DNA of 64,000 nucleotides, from positions 3,680,001-3,744,000 of the forward strand of contig OY969724.1 of NCBI GenBank assembly GCA_963702205.1, given 5' to 3'. This stretch comes from an uncultured candidate division Zixibacteria bacterium (GTDB taxonomy: Bacteria > Zixibacteria > MSB-5A5 > GN15 > PGXB01). Of the stretch, positions 9,961 to 20,701 are shown piece by piece; position 1 is the stretch's first letter; each line of letters starts with the position of its first letter. The position numbers and the translations under genes were made by a program. The notes beneath the pieces are model-generated. The model was not told the DNA's origin. It searched no databases and worked only from the letters and a program-made list of their open reading frames with translations.

Positions 9961-10166
9961 TCTTTAGTAGGTCAGGAGCCCTGCCGAAGGTCCCGCCTGC
10001 ACTGAGTTTGCGAAGTGAGCGAAGCGAGGGAGCTCCTGACACTCACGCTTAGTCGTAATTATAGGAACTAATTAATAATGATTTCTCTTTAGTAGGTCAG
10101 GAGCCCTGCCGAAGGTCCCGCCTGCACTGAGTTTGCGAAGTGAGCGAAGCGAGGGAGCTCCTGACA
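9961..10166 (+). repeat. Two identical 81-bp direct repeats, each a long GTAG-REP (GTAGGTCAGGAGC...GCTCCTGACA)
   Basis: 9961-10041 equals 10086-10166 (period 125 bp); immediately upstream of the RAYT gene. Confidence 0.9.
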
Positions 10167-10186
10167 AATTTATTCATGGTTGAGAA

Positions 10187-10693
10187 ATGTCAATAATCAA
10201 ACGATATTGCAATTCCGGGAATATTTATTTCATTACGAATGTTTCATACAACCGTATTCCTATTCTGACGGACAATTACGACTTGCTGATCGACGCACAG
10301 AATAATATTAAAAACGACCTGCAAATAGACATCTTAGCGTTCGTAATTCTCCCCGATCATATCCATTATCTGATCGATACCAAAGAACATGATATTTCAA
10401 CGATCATGCAACGAATTAAAATGGGTTTCGGCGCCAATTTCAGAAAACGGCATAAAATGCTCAAGGGGCGTTTATGGCAGAATAGATTTTGGGATCATAT
10501 TATTCGCAATCAGGCCGATTTTGATCGCCATTTTGATTACATACATTATAATCCGGTTAAGCATGGATATGCCAAAAGCCCGTATGATTGGTCATTCACA
10601 ACGATTCACGAATTTCATAATAAAGGAATCTATCAAAGAGATTGGGGCGCACGAGAAAAAATCGTGTTTGACGGCAATTATGGTGATGATTAA
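10187..10693 (+). mobile_element. rayT: REP-associated tyrosine transposase (RAYT/TnpA-REP, Y1 HUH family)
   Basis: YFITNV, HUH motif LPDHIHYLI, LWQNRFWDHIIR, YIHYNPVKHG; flanked on both sides by GTAG REPs. Confidence 0.92.
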
Positions 10694-10700
10694 TTTTAAT

Positions 10701-10728
10701 TGTCAGGAGCGCGGGGCTCCTGACCTAC
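10701..10728 (-). repeat. Short GTAG-REP downstream of RAYT, inverted orientation
   Basis: TGTCAGGAGCGCGGGGCTCCTGACCTAC. Confidence 0.85.
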
Positions 10729-10752
10729 AATGAAAATTTACGTTACCCACAC

Positions 10753-10779
10753 AAAAAAAGCCCCGCAATCGCGGGGCTT
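10753..10779 (-). terminator. Intrinsic terminator of rpmA
   Basis: AAGCCCCGC/GCGGGGCTT stem with U-tract on the minus strand. Confidence 0.75.
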
Positions 10780-10805
10780 AAAAATCCTAACACTTGTCCC
10801 AGGTT

Positions 10806-11057
10806 CTATTCGAGCACTGAAACAATCTTTCTGTCGCGGCCTTTGCGGTCGAACTGAACCACACCGGTAATTTTCGCGAACAAAGTATTGTCGCGGCCAA
10901 TCCCGACGTTAACACCGGGATGGAAACCGGTGCCGCGCTGACGGACGATAATGGTCCCGGCCGTCACGGCCTGACCGGCATATGTCTTGATGCCCATCCT
11001 CTGGCCTTGGCTGTCGCGGCCGTTACGGGATGAACCAACACCTTTTTTATGAGCCAT
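10806..11057 (-). CDS. rpmA: 50S ribosomal protein L27
   Basis: [16 protein letters not shown]...[10 protein letters not shown]...GRDNTLFA. Confidence 0.98.
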   Translation of the reverse strand: MAHKKGVGSSRNGRDSQGQRMGIKTYAGQAVTAGTIIVRQRGTGFHPGVNVGIGRDNTLFAKITGVVQFDRKGRDRKIVSVLE

Positions 11058-11153
11058 AATCTACTCCAACTCAAATTATTTTCGTAAATCAAAATACGGC
11101 CCGGTCAAACCGGGCCGCATAAGTATATAAAAATCTATCGAAAAAGCAAGCCC

Positions 11154-13614
11154 TTAATTGGGCACTTTTTGCTGTTTTTCACCGGCCGCCGGAAGCTCGT
11201 TGAACGTGAATTTCAACTTGTCATCCTCGACACCGATTTTCAGATTGCAGTCGCCGGCATATTGGCCGCGCAGCAGTTCCTCGGCGAGGGGATCTTCCAG
11301 ATATTTCTGGATCGCCCTCTTGAGCGGCCGCGCTCCGAGCATCGACTCGAACCCGTTGGAAGCCAAAAACGTACGGGCCTCTTCGGTCAGCGTGAAACTT
11401 ATCCCCCGCTCGGCAAGACGTTTGGCCACGTTGGCCACCTCGATATCGACTATCTGCTTGATATCGTCGATATTCAGTGCCCGGAAAATTATGGTACATG
11501 TCGATGCGGTTCAATAGCTCCGGATTGAACAGCTTTTTCAGTTCCCCGGTGACCTTTTTCTTCATCGACTCGTGATCGGCATCGCTTCTTTCCGAATCGA
11601 ACCCGACCGATTTTTCGTTCTTGATCTGCTTGGTCCCGACGTTGGACGTCATAATGACGACCGTATTGCGGAAATCGACCTTGCGTCCGAACGAATCGGT
11701 CAGCGACCCATCGTCCATAAGCTGCAGCAGGATATTATAAACGTCCGGATGCGCCTTTTCGATTTCATCGAGCAGGACGACCGAGTACGGCCGACGCCTG
11801 ACTTTTTCCGTCAACTGGCCGCCTTCTTCGTAACCGACATATCCCGGAGGCGCACCGATCAGCCTCGAAACCGCGAATTTCTCCATATATTCGGACATAT
11901 CGATACGCACCAGCGAATTGGCGTCCTCAAAGAGGAATTCCGCCAGGACACGCGCCAGTTCGGTCTTGCCGACACCGGTTGGGCCCAGAAACAGGAACGA
12001 CCCGATCGGCCGCCGTGGGTCACCCAGTCCGGCGCGGGAGCGGCGGATGGATTTGCACAGGATGCCGATGGCTTCGTCCTGACCGATAATTTTCTTTTTG
12101 AGTTCTTCTTCCATGCGCATCAGGCGCTTGGATTCTTTTTCTTCGAGACGGAACAGCGGAATTCCGGTCATCTTGGAGACGACCTGCGCGATATCCTCTT
12201 CCTGCAGAGTTACGCGCTCTTTGTCGCGCTGTTCGGCCCATTCTTCTTTCATTTTTTCCAGCCGCTCTTTTTTAAACTTGAGTTCGTCGCGGAGCTGAGC
12301 GGCTGTTTCGAAAGCCTGATTCTTGACGGCTTTTTCTTTTTCTTCCTGAAGCTTGGAAATTTCGTTTTCAATCTCGCCGAATTCTTCCGGCTTGGCAAAC
12401 GACGCCAGATGCGCCCGGCTGCCGGCCTCGTCGATCACGTCGAGCGACTTATCCGGCTGGAATTTGCCGCTGATGTAACGATCCGAGAGTTTGACGGCGG
12501 ATACGATGGCTTCATCGGAAATAATAATTTTGTGGTGCTCTTCGTACTTATTCTTGAGACCCTGCAAAATCTGCACGGTGTTCTCGGCAGTCGGGGCCTC
12601 GATCATGACCGTCTGGAAACGACGGTCCAGCGCACCGTCCTTCTCGATAAACTTTCGGTATTCGTTGAGCGTCGTGGCACCGATGCACTGCAATTCGCCG
12701 CGCGACAAGGCCGGTTTGAAAATGTTGCTGGCGTCGAGCGAGCCCTCGGCCCCCCCGGCTCCGACGATGGTATGAAGTTCATCTATAAAAATCACGACGT
12801 CTTTGGAATTGATGATCTCGGTCATGACCGCCTTGAGGCGTTCTTCGAACTGTCCACGGTATTTGGTCCCGGCTACCAGCGAAGCCATGTCGAGAGTTAC
12901 GAGCCGCTTGCCATCCAGCGTCTGCGGAACCTTGCCCTCGACAATGCGCTGGGCCAGGCCCTCGGCAATGGCGGTCTTGCCCACCCCCGGCTCTCCGATC
13001 AAAACCGGATTGTTTTTCTTGCGGCGTGAAAGAATCTGGCTGACCCGTTCGATTTCATCGTCGCGCCCGATAATCGGATCGAGCATGCTGCGACGAGCCA
13101 GTTCGGTCAGGTCGCGACCGTAATGATCCAGCGCCGGTGTTTTTGATTTTTTGCGTTTCTTCTTGAACGACGACGGTTTGCCGTTCTGAATATTCTTCAG
13201 CTCTTCGTAAACGTCTTTATAATCGATTTCGTACATCGACAGTACCTGAGCGGCCACGCCTTCTTCGTCTTTCAACAAAGCCAGCAATATGTGTTCGGTA
13301 TCGATGTCTTTCGATTTCAAAGCCCGCGCTTCCTGCCCGGAAACTTCGAGGGTCTTCTTGGCACGCGCCGTAAGCGGCAGCTGTCCCATGGTCATGGTTC
13401 CACCCGACGGCTGGACGACTTCTTCGATCGACGCTTTTAAATCCTGCGGCTCAATGCCGAGGTTGATGATGATATCGACGCCGCGTCCTTCGCCAAGGCG
13501 AATCATGCCAAGCAAGAGATGCTCGGTGCCGATATAGTCATGACGAAGCCGAGCCGCTTCATCTCGGGCATATTCAATGGCTTTGCGGGCAAGTTCTGTG
13601 AACATCTCATTCAT
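11154..13614 (-). CDS. clpC: ATP-dependent Clp protease ATPase subunit ClpC, frameshifted near 11497
   Basis: Clp-N repeats, two Walker A motifs ([16 protein letters not shown]), UVR coil; C-terminus ([19 protein letters not shown]) is in another frame after ELLNRID. Confidence 0.93.
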
Positions 13615-13666
13615 AATAATTTACCATCCTGTATATTAAACACTTTTTTCCGTGTAATTGTGCACT

Positions 13667-14710
13667 CTAATTTAATTTTTCACGCACCATCTTGGCGCGC
13701 AGAAAATCTCTGTGGTCGCCGTCGAGTTCTTCATTGTTGAACTTCTGCAAATGCGCCGGCTGCGACAATAAAAGAATTTCGTTTATCTGACGTATGGTTA
13801 CGTTAACAATAATTTTCATCGCAATCCCGAGCCGTACCGCAGACAAAAGATTCATGACTTCATCCGACGTCAGCATCCGAGCGCTTTTAAGGATACCGTA
13901 CGCCCGCCAGATTTTATCCTCGATTTGCGCCGAGGCTTCGCTGCTGAGTCTTTCGCGTGCGGCGTTCTCGCTTTCAATTATGAAACGGGTCAGCTGTTCG
14001 ATCAGTTCCAGTATCTGTTTTTCCGACACACCCAGCGTCGTCTGGTTGGATATCTGAAACAAATTACCGAGCACGTCGGTTCCTTCGCCGTAAAATCCGC
14101 GTACCGCCACGCCCTGCTTGGAAATTTTATTGATTACCCCATCGATTTCCTTGGTAATCACCAGCCCCGGAAGGTGGATCAGGACCGACGCCCTCATGCC
14201 GGTCCCGACGTTGGTCGGGCAGGCCGTAAGGAAACCAAAATCGGGATCATAGTCATACTCTATAAACCGGCCGATTTCATTGTCGTACTGCATGGCGAGC
14301 TTATACGCCTTCTCCGGTTCCAGCCCGGAAGCGAGCGCCTGTATGCGCAAATGATCTTCCTCGTTGACCATGACCGAAATCTGCTCGTGCGGACTGATAA
14401 ACAGCGCGCGGGCCGAGACGTCCTGCATGAAATTCGGCGACATCAAATGGCGCTCGACGAGAAAGTCACGATCCAGCGGCGTTAGTTCCGCCGAACGGTA
14501 CAACTTCCCCTTACTCAGCATTTCCGATCGGGAATAAGCCGATTCGAAAAACCCGACGACCTTTTCGCGGGTATTCGTGTCGGCCGCGGTCGGGTAAATC
14601 TGGTCCTTGACGTTCCGGGCCAGCCTGACGCGTGTCGATAGTACGACCATGCTGTCACGACCTTCACCCGCCAACCAGCCGCTCATCGATTTCGCCATAT
14701 CTTCAAACAT
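13667..14710 (-). CDS. mcsB: Protein arginine kinase McsB
   Basis: VVLSTRVRLARN, VNEEDHLRIQ, GFLTACPTNVGTGMRAS; lies between mcsA and clpC. Confidence 0.93.
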   Translation of the reverse strand: MFEDMAKSMSGWLAGEGRDSMVVLSTRVRLARNVKDQIYPTAADTNTREKVVGFFESAYSRSEMLSKGKLYRSAELTPLDRDFLVERHLMSPNFMQDVSARALFISPHEQISVMVNEEDHLRIQALASGLEPEKAYKLAMQYDNEIGRFIEYDYDPDFGFLTACPTNVGTGMRASVLIHLPGLVITKEIDGVINKISKQGVAVRGFYGEGTDVLGNLFQISNQTTLGVSEKQILELIEQLTRFIIESENAARERLSSEASAQIEDKIWRAYGILKSARMLTSDEVMNLLSAVRLGIAMKIIVNVTIRQINEILLLSQPAHLQKFNNEELDGDHRDFLRAKMVREKLN

Positions 14711-14715
14711 AGTAA

Positions 14716-15240
14716 TCAAGATTCATCCTTCGGGGCCAGGACGCCCTCTCTTAGCTCATGCAGCTTATCCCGTAAATCGGCGGCGCGCTCGAAATCTTCA
14801 GCCTCGATCGCCTTTTTAAGCTCACTATCCAGCCGCTCTTCTTCCTGAATGGAGTGCGCTTCGCTTTCATCGGCCGCCGGAAGTTTTCCCTTGTGCAGCG
14901 ATGACCCGTGCAGTTTGCGCATGATCGCCTCCAGGCGTGGACGGAAAGCCGTATAACATTGCCCGCAACCGAATCTCCCCTGCCGCGAGAACGCTTCGAA
15001 CGTCAGGCCGCATTTGGAACAGGTAATCAACGGCAGGCTTTCATTCACCTTGTGCGGATACTTCTGCTGGATCATGCCGGACAGCAGTTCGGCCAGCGGA
15101 AACGGCATGCTGTCCAAAGGGCTGTGGAAACCCATCTTGGCCGCGCATTCTTTGCAAATTTGAAGCGCAATCTTTTCGTTATCTACGATCTGCGTCAAGT
15201 TAATCGTGGCCGGATTTTTCTTACATCTCTGACACAGCAT
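14716..15240 (-). CDS. mcsA: McsA (CxxC zinc fingers plus UvrB/C motif)
   Basis: MLCQRC, CKECA, CSKCG, GCGQCY; AIEAEDFERAADLRD. Confidence 0.92.
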   Translation of the reverse strand: MLCQRCKKNPATINLTQIVDNEKIALQICKECAAKMGFHSPLDSMPFPLAELLSGMIQQKYPHKVNESLPLITCSKCGLTFEAFSRQGRFGCGQCYTAFRPRLEAIMRKLHGSSLHKGKLPAADESEAHSIQEEERLDSELKKAIEAEDFERAADLRDKLHELREGVLAPKDES

Positions 15241-15251
15241 ATTATCACCAC

Positions 15252-15953
15252 CTATCGGGTTGCCGTCTCGAGGACGACACCCCTGTCAATTTTTACGATT
15301 CTGTTGCAGCTTTTAGCCAGTTCCAAATTATGTGTAGCGATTATGAACGATGTCCCGTGAGCGCGGTTAAGATCGGAAAGCAGGGCATGGAGTCGTTCGC
15401 CGGTTGCGATATCCAGATTCCCCGATGGCTCGTCGGCCATCACCAGTTCCGGATTGTTTATCAGCGCCCGGGCCACCGCCGTTCGCTGCAGCTCTCCTCC
15501 CGACAACTGCCGGGGAAGATGGTTTTGTCTATCCTGTAAACCGACATCTGTAAGCAGTTGTTCCGCGCGCTCGACGGCTTCACTGCGGCCTATGCCGGCG
15601 ACAAGAGCCGGCATCATGACATTTTCCTTCGCCGTGAAGTCCTCGAGAAGGTAATGGTGCTGAAAAACGAAACCGATATGTGCGTTGCGGAACAGGGCCA
15701 GATCTTTTTCATTCATGTTGTTGATGTTATTGCCTTTGAATTGCACGTCACCGGAAGTCGGCCGGTCCAGACCACCGAGAATGTGCAGCAAAGTCGATTT
15801 CCCGACACCCGATGCTCCCACTACGGCCACCATATCTCCCTGGTCGGCAATAAGATCGACCCCTCTAAGGACTTCCAGTGTTCCCTCGACCGTTTCGAAA
15901 TTACGGACTATTCGATGGGCCACCAGAAAGTGTTTTTTTTCAGCCGAATCCAA
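15252..15953 (-). CDS. lolD: Lipoprotein-releasing ABC ATPase LolD
   Basis: GASGVGKSTLLHILGGLD, LSGGELQRTAVARAL, ADEPSGNLD; adjacent to lolC/E. Confidence 0.88.
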   Translation of the reverse strand: MDSAEKKHFLVAHRIVRNFETVEGTLEVLRGVDLIADQGDMVAVVGASGVGKSTLLHILGGLDRPTSGDVQFKGNNINNMNEKDLALFRNAHIGFVFQHHYLLEDFTAKENVMMPALVAGIGRSEAVERAEQLLTDVGLQDRQNHLPRQLSGGELQRTAVARALINNPELVMADEPSGNLDIATGERLHALLSDLNRAHGTSFIIATHNLELAKSCNRIVKIDRGVVLETATR

Positions 15954-16046
15954 TGCGCAACTCCCCTAACTTCCCTGTTTATCATTATATAACTATTTTC
16001 GCCAGTATCGTCAAATAATTTAGGGGCGGGGTGCAAATAGTGCTCC

Positions 16047-17276
16047 TTATTGACGGATAACGTCGATAACCGATTGCGACGCCGCGCGATATGCCGGGTA
16101 GAGGGCGGCCAGAAAGCAGATAAAAATGGTTATGAGACCGGCCAGAATGAAGTCGAAAGGCTGGATCTTTATGGGCAGGTAACTGATGAAATACAAATCG
16201 GGCGGAAGTGAAATTATATTGTACGTATTTTGCAGCCAGGCCGCGAATATGGCTATCGCCCAGCCGCCGATTATGCCAACTGATCCGATTATGAGCCCGT
16301 TGTATACGAAAATTTTCCGCACCGACGGGGGTGTGACCCCTATCGCTTTCAATATTCCGATCTCCGAGCGCTTTTCCATCGCCAGCATGACCAATGTCGA
16401 GATAATTGAAAAAGCCGCGACCAGGACAATCAAAATGAAACCTATAAACAGAATTTTCTTTTCGAGAGCGATCCAGCTGAACAGGTTTTTATGCAGTACA
16501 TACCACGGCACCACGTCATAATCGTACCCCAGCAGTTCCTGAAGTTCCGGCGCGATTTTTTCGGCCAGGTAGATATCGGTCAGTTTCAGATGAATACCGG
16601 TAACCCTCGGCCCCGTCTTGAAAAGGTCCTGTGCGACGGTCAGCGGGATGTATGCCATCTCGGCGTCGAATTCGTACATGCCGCTTTCGAAAATACCGCT
16701 AACGTAGAATTTTGCCACACGCGGACGGGTGGCGTGGCGAAGGTCCTCCCCGCTCAATGAGTACAGCACGATCGGATCGCCGATACCGACCCCAAGGCGG
16801 TCGGCCAGGGTACTGCCCATAATTATCCCGGCGGCGTTTTCTCCCGAGTCCGGCGGGCTTATATCGAAGCTGTACTCACCGGCCACGATATTCTTTGCAA
16901 TATTGGCGGCTCGCGCCTCCTGGGCCAGGTCGATACCCCGGACTATTATGCCGTCGCCCAGCGACGCCGACTGTATGGCCGCCTTGTAGTAAATAAACGG
17001 CGATGCCGCGATTACGTCTGGCAGGGTTTCTATTTTCCTGACGACGTCTTCGTAGTCGCTGATGTACTCCGTCATTCGCGGGAATACCGTTATGTGCGAG
17101 GTGGTCCCCAACAGGCGCGTGCGCAGTTCGTCCTCGAAACCGTTGTGCATTGACATGACAAAACAGACCACGGCCACGCCGAGAGTGACGCCAAGGATGG
17201 TGATCCACGTCGAAACGGAAGTAAAAAACCGACCGGATCTGAGGTACCGGCCGGCTATAAAGCGTTCATAGTACAT
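16047..17276 (-). CDS. lolE: Lipoprotein-releasing ABC permease LolC/E family
   Basis: LGVAVVCFVMSMHNGF, VAAFSIISTLVM...EIGILKAIG, ALYPAYRAA. Confidence 0.85.
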   Translation of the reverse strand: MYYERFIAGRYLRSGRFFTSVSTWITILGVTLGVAVVCFVMSMHNGFEDELRTRLLGTTSHITVFPRMTEYISDYEDVVRKIETLPDVIAASPFIYYKAAIQSASLGDGIIVRGIDLAQEARAANIAKNIVAGEYSFDISPPDSGENAAGIIMGSTLADRLGVGIGDPIVLYSLSGEDLRHATRPRVAKFYVSGIFESGMYEFDAEMAYIPLTVAQDLFKTGPRVTGIHLKLTDIYLAEKIAPELQELLGYDYDVVPWYVLHKNLFSWIALEKKILFIGFILIVLVAAFSIISTLVMLAMEKRSEIGILKAIGVTPPSVRKIFVYNGLIIGSVGIIGGWAIAIFAAWLQNTYNIISLPPDLYFISYLPIKIQPFDFILAGLITIFICFLAALYPAYRAASQSVIDVIRQ

Positions 17277-17287
17277 ATTTGGGCGTC

Positions 17288-18799
17288 TTATTCATCGCGT
17301 TCCGGCTTCATCTGAGGAAACAATATGACGTCGCGAATCGAATGGCTGCCGGTCAAAAGCATGACCAGCCTGTCCACACCGAAACCGAGGCCGCCGGTCG
17401 GCGGCATGCCGTACATCAAAGCCGTCAGAAAATCTTCATCGAGGACGTGGGCTTCTTCGTCACCGGCTTTGGCCGCCTCGGTCTGAGCCTCGAATCGCCG
17501 CCTTTGGTCATCGGGATCGTTCAACTCTGAAAAGGCATTGGCGCATTCGAACCCGGCGAGAAACAGCTCGAACCTTTCCACCAGGCGCGGATTATCACGA
17601 TGCACCTTGGCCAGTGGAGATATTTCCTGCGGGAAATCGATTATATAGGTCGGCTGCACCAGCGTCGGTTCGACAAAATGCTCGAAACACGCTTCGACCA
17701 CTTTACCCCAGTTGATCGCGGCATCCACTTCCACCCCGGCCTCTTTGGCCGTCTTCTTGGCGGTTTCGAAATCCATGTCGATCAAATCGAACGCGGCCTT
17801 TTCTTTCACCGAGTCGACCATCGATACCCGGCGAAAATCCGGTTCGAAATCCACTTCATGGTCTTCGTACTTGATCTTGTATGAACCGTGCAAATCGTAG
17901 ACAACCTTGCGGAACAGATCTTCAACCAGTTTCATGATGTCGGTGTAATCGGCGTACGCCCAGTACAATTCGACCATCGAAAATTCCGGATTGTGCATGC
18001 GATCCATGCCTTCGTTGCGGAAATCTTTGCAAAATTCCCAGACCTTTTCGAACCCGCCAACCAGGAGCCTCTTTAAGTAAAGTTCATCGGCGATCCTTAA
18101 GTACAAGTCGGCATGCAACGAATTATGGTGCGTCATGAACGGACGAGCCGTCGCGCCGCCGTATATCGGCTGCAAAATCGGTGTTTCCACTTCGAGAAAT
18201 CCGCGCGACGTGAAAAATTCCCGGATCGACTGGACGATGCGCGACCGCTTAAGGAAGGTGTCGCGCACTTCCGGGTTGACGATCAAATCGGCATAGCGAC
18301 GGCGGTAGCGCATCTCCTTGTCCACCAGCCCGGCGTGCTTGTCGGGCAGAGGATGGAGCGACTTCGCCAGCAGCACCAGTTCCTGCACATTGACCGACTT
18401 CTCCCCGGTCCTGGTCGTAAACAGTGTTCCGGCCACGCCGAGGAAGTCCCCGAGGTCGAGCTTTGAAAACACTTTGTATGAATCGGGCCCGACGTTGTCC
18501 TGCTTGACATAGATCTGCATCCGCCCGGTTTGGTCGTGAATGTCGGCAAACGAGGCCTTACCCATCTTGCGCTTGAGCATCATGCGCCCGGCCATACGGA
18601 CGACCGTACCATCGGCGGCGAGCTCGTCGAACGATGCGATCACTTCGTCGGCCGAATGAGTCTTTTCGAAACGGTACGGGTACGGATTCACGCCCGCCTG
18701 GCGGAGTTCTTCAAGTTTCTGTCGCCGGTTGGCGATAACTTCTTCCAGCGTCTGCTGCTTTTCCTGGACCTGGTGGCCCGGTTGTTCTTTATCGGTCAT
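17288..18799 (-). CDS. lysS: Lysine--tRNA ligase (class II)
   Basis: GGATARPFMTHHN, YLRIADELYLKRL, FRNEGMDRMHNPEF, GMPPTGGLGFGVDRL. Confidence 0.97.
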   Translation of the reverse strand: MTDKEQPGHQVQEKQQTLEEVIANRRQKLEELRQAGVNPYPYRFEKTHSADEVIASFDELAADGTVVRMAGRMMLKRKMGKASFADIHDQTGRMQIYVKQDNVGPDSYKVFSKLDLGDFLGVAGTLFTTRTGEKSVNVQELVLLAKSLHPLPDKHAGLVDKEMRYRRRYADLIVNPEVRDTFLKRSRIVQSIREFFTSRGFLEVETPILQPIYGGATARPFMTHHNSLHADLYLRIADELYLKRLLVGGFEKVWEFCKDFRNEGMDRMHNPEFSMVELYWAYADYTDIMKLVEDLFRKVVYDLHGSYKIKYEDHEVDFEPDFRRVSMVDSVKEKAAFDLIDMDFETAKKTAKEAGVEVDAAINWGKVVEACFEHFVEPTLVQPTYIIDFPQEISPLAKVHRDNPRLVERFELFLAGFECANAFSELNDPDDQRRRFEAQTEAAKAGDEEAHVLDEDFLTALMYGMPPTGGLGFGVDRLVMLLTGSHSIRDVILFPQMKPERDE

Positions 18800-19319
18800 A
18801 ACCTATTTTCTTTTTTTTGGTATTTACTTTTTTGGCCAGCGCCCGCGCCACGGAGTCCGGCACCAGCCCCGTGATGTCACCGCCGTTGCCGGCGACGTCT
18901 TTGACTATGGTCGACGACAGGTACACCCACGACAGCGACGGCATCATGAAGACGGTTTCGACTTCCTGGGCCAGCTTGCGGTTCATGAGGGCCATCTGAA
19001 ATTCATATTCGAAATCCGATACCGCCCGCAATCCCCGGATAATGACTTTAATTCCGAGATTTACCGCCAACTCGGCCAACAACCCGTCGAATTGAATGAC
19101 TTCCACCCTTTTTATATCCTTCAAAGATTCTTTCGCCAGGCGGAAGCGTTCGGCCCGGGTGAACATCGGATCTTTTCCGGCATTATCCGCGACCGCCACT
19201 ATCAGCTTGTCGAACAGGTGCACGGCCCGATTGACCAGCGACAGGTGGCCGTTGGTGATCGGGTCGAATGTCCCCGGATACAGGGCTATGCTGTCGGTTT
19301 CATTTTTCTTGCCGGACAT
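18789..19319 (-). CDS. coaD: Pantetheine-phosphate adenylyltransferase
   Basis: ALYPGTFDPITNGH, IRGLRAVSDFEYEFQMALMNR, LSSTIVK. Confidence 0.96.
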   Translation of the reverse strand: MSGKKNETDSIALYPGTFDPITNGHLSLVNRAVHLFDKLIVAVADNAGKDPMFTRAERFRLAKESLKDIKRVEVIQFDGLLAELAVNLGIKVIIRGLRAVSDFEYEFQMALMNRKLAQEVETVFMMPSLSWVYLSSTIVKDVAGNGGDITGLVPDSVARALAKKVNTKKKKIGYDR

Positions 19320-19845
19320 AAATCGTAACCTCGGTTTGGCCGTATTTTTTATGACGGACCGGTTGCCAGGTTTCATTTTCTACATCCCGGCCCCGTCGGT
19401 GTTCAATAATAAGAAAACCGTTTTGCTCAAGCAAGTTATATTCGGCCACCCGATCGGCCAATTCCAGCGGCGTCAAAAGATCATAAGGCGGGTCGGCGAA
19501 GATTATATCAAACTTCTCTCCCGCCTCGGACAGCGCCAGGCAGGCCGATTTATAGTCATTTTCAATGACATTGCCGTCCAAACCAAGAGTTTTAAGGTTC
19601 TCTTCGATAGCTCTCGCCTGCGCGCGGCCCTTTTCTATAAAAGTCGCCGCTTTGGCCCCGTGCGACAGCGCCTCTATCCCCAGCGCTCCCGATCCGGCAA
19701 AAAGATCGAGTACGCGCGTGTCTTCGATATCGTGCATTATCATATTGAAAATCGCCTGACGAACTTTGTCCGGTGTGGGGCGGGTTTTCATACCAGACAC
19801 CGTTTTTATCGTCCGGCCGCCATATTTGCCTCCGGTGATACGCAA
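19300..19845 (-). CDS. rsmD: 16S rRNA m2G966 methyltransferase RsmD
   Basis: MRITGG...TRPTPDKVR, LDLFAGSGALGIEALS, FADPPY. Confidence 0.95.
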   Translation of the reverse strand: MRITGGKYGGRTIKTVSGMKTRPTPDKVRQAIFNMIMHDIEDTRVLDLFAGSGALGIEALSHGAKAATFIEKGRAQARAIEENLKTLGLDGNVIENDYKSACLALSEAGEKFDIIFADPPYDLLTPLELADRVAEYNLLEQNGFLIIEHRRGRDVENETWQPVRHKKYGQTEVTIYVRQEK

Positions 19846-19849
19846 GCGA

Positions 19850-20701
19850 CTATCCGATCGTCAATCCCAGCGCGACCATCGCCTCGAGAGCTTTCAGATG
19901 AAGGTCGTCTTTGAATGACCCTTTCGAGGGCTGCACTCTTCCCGCCGATACTTTCAGTAGTTTTTCCAGTCGTGATAATATCACGTCATCGATTCCGGGC
20001 CCCGACACGATCAAACGGGAAAGCGGATCGGACAAACCGCCGCGACTCAGCTCGGCCAGGTGGTACTGTACGGTTGCAGCCAGATCGAGCATATTGCCGT
20101 CACTTTGCGAATTTGAATCGTGCCCATTGTTTGATGAAAACCAAAGGGCCCCCGGCAGGACAGCCGTTTTATCGTACACGAAGCAGTACGTACAACGATC
20201 TTTTTCGATATCGATCAGGCACACCAGCCGTCCGCCCTCGGCCTTGCACAAGTTTAGATAAGCCTTCGCCAGCGCCAGAGAGCGCAGTTTGAAACCGGCC
20301 GGGCGGTCCGGCCTGGTGCCCAGGCGGGCGATTATTTCGTCGACCTTGCTTTTATTGTACCCCACCGCCAGCCTGGCTTTGGTCGATTCGCTTTCGTGAA
20401 TATCAATAAAATATTTTTCCGGATCGTCCAGAAGCGACGAGGCAAACTCGAACCTGGCGACGGCGGTTTCATCGAGGCCCAGATCGTACGGCTGCGCGAT
20501 GCGTTTTATCAGGGCGTTGTTTTCACCGATTGAAAAATACAAGTCACCTTCGTTTGATTTTAGTCGCTTTTCCAGATTATCATCGGGGACCTCTTCGATC
20601 ATGTCGATCACGTTCAAACCGGCCTCCATCGAGCGTGATGCCAGAACCATCCGGGAGCCGCATATATCCAGCCCGAACCGGCGGTGTTTGAGCTCTACCA
20701 C
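19850..20701 (-). CDS. Hypothetical protein, PilM-like actin-fold
   Basis: N-terminal FGLDICG, CLIDIE, LIVSGPG and terminal ALGL resemble PilM; follows a ComEA-like gene. Confidence 0.5.
   Translation of the reverse strand: MVELKHRRFGLDICGSRMVLASRSMEAGLNVIDMIEEVPDDNLEKRLKSNEGDLYFSIGENNALIKRIAQPYDLGLDETAVARFEFASSLLDDPEKYFIDIHESESTKARLAVGYNKSKVDEIIARLGTRPDRPAGFKLRSLALAKAYLNLCKAEGGRLVCLIDIEKDRCTYCFVYDKTAVLPGALWFSSNNGHDSNSQSDGNMLDLAATVQYHLAELSRGGLSDPLSRLIVSGPGIDDVILSRLEKLLKVSAGRVQPSKGSFKDDLHLKALEAMVALGLTIG

Noticed and set aside
9961..10166. Direct repeats as a CRISPR array
   Set aside because: Only two 81-bp units, GTAG-REP structure, adjacent RAYT, no cas genes
11221..11500. Alternative ClpC C-terminus or programmed frameshift
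   Set aside because: The tail is non-homologous, the proper C-terminal domain is intact in another frame, and there is no slippery site
11572..13029. Long antisense ORFs (also 4185-5060, 9082-9810, 31781-33019, 47403-48443)
   Set aside because: Shadow frames opposite well-conserved GC-rich genes; no motifs or RBS
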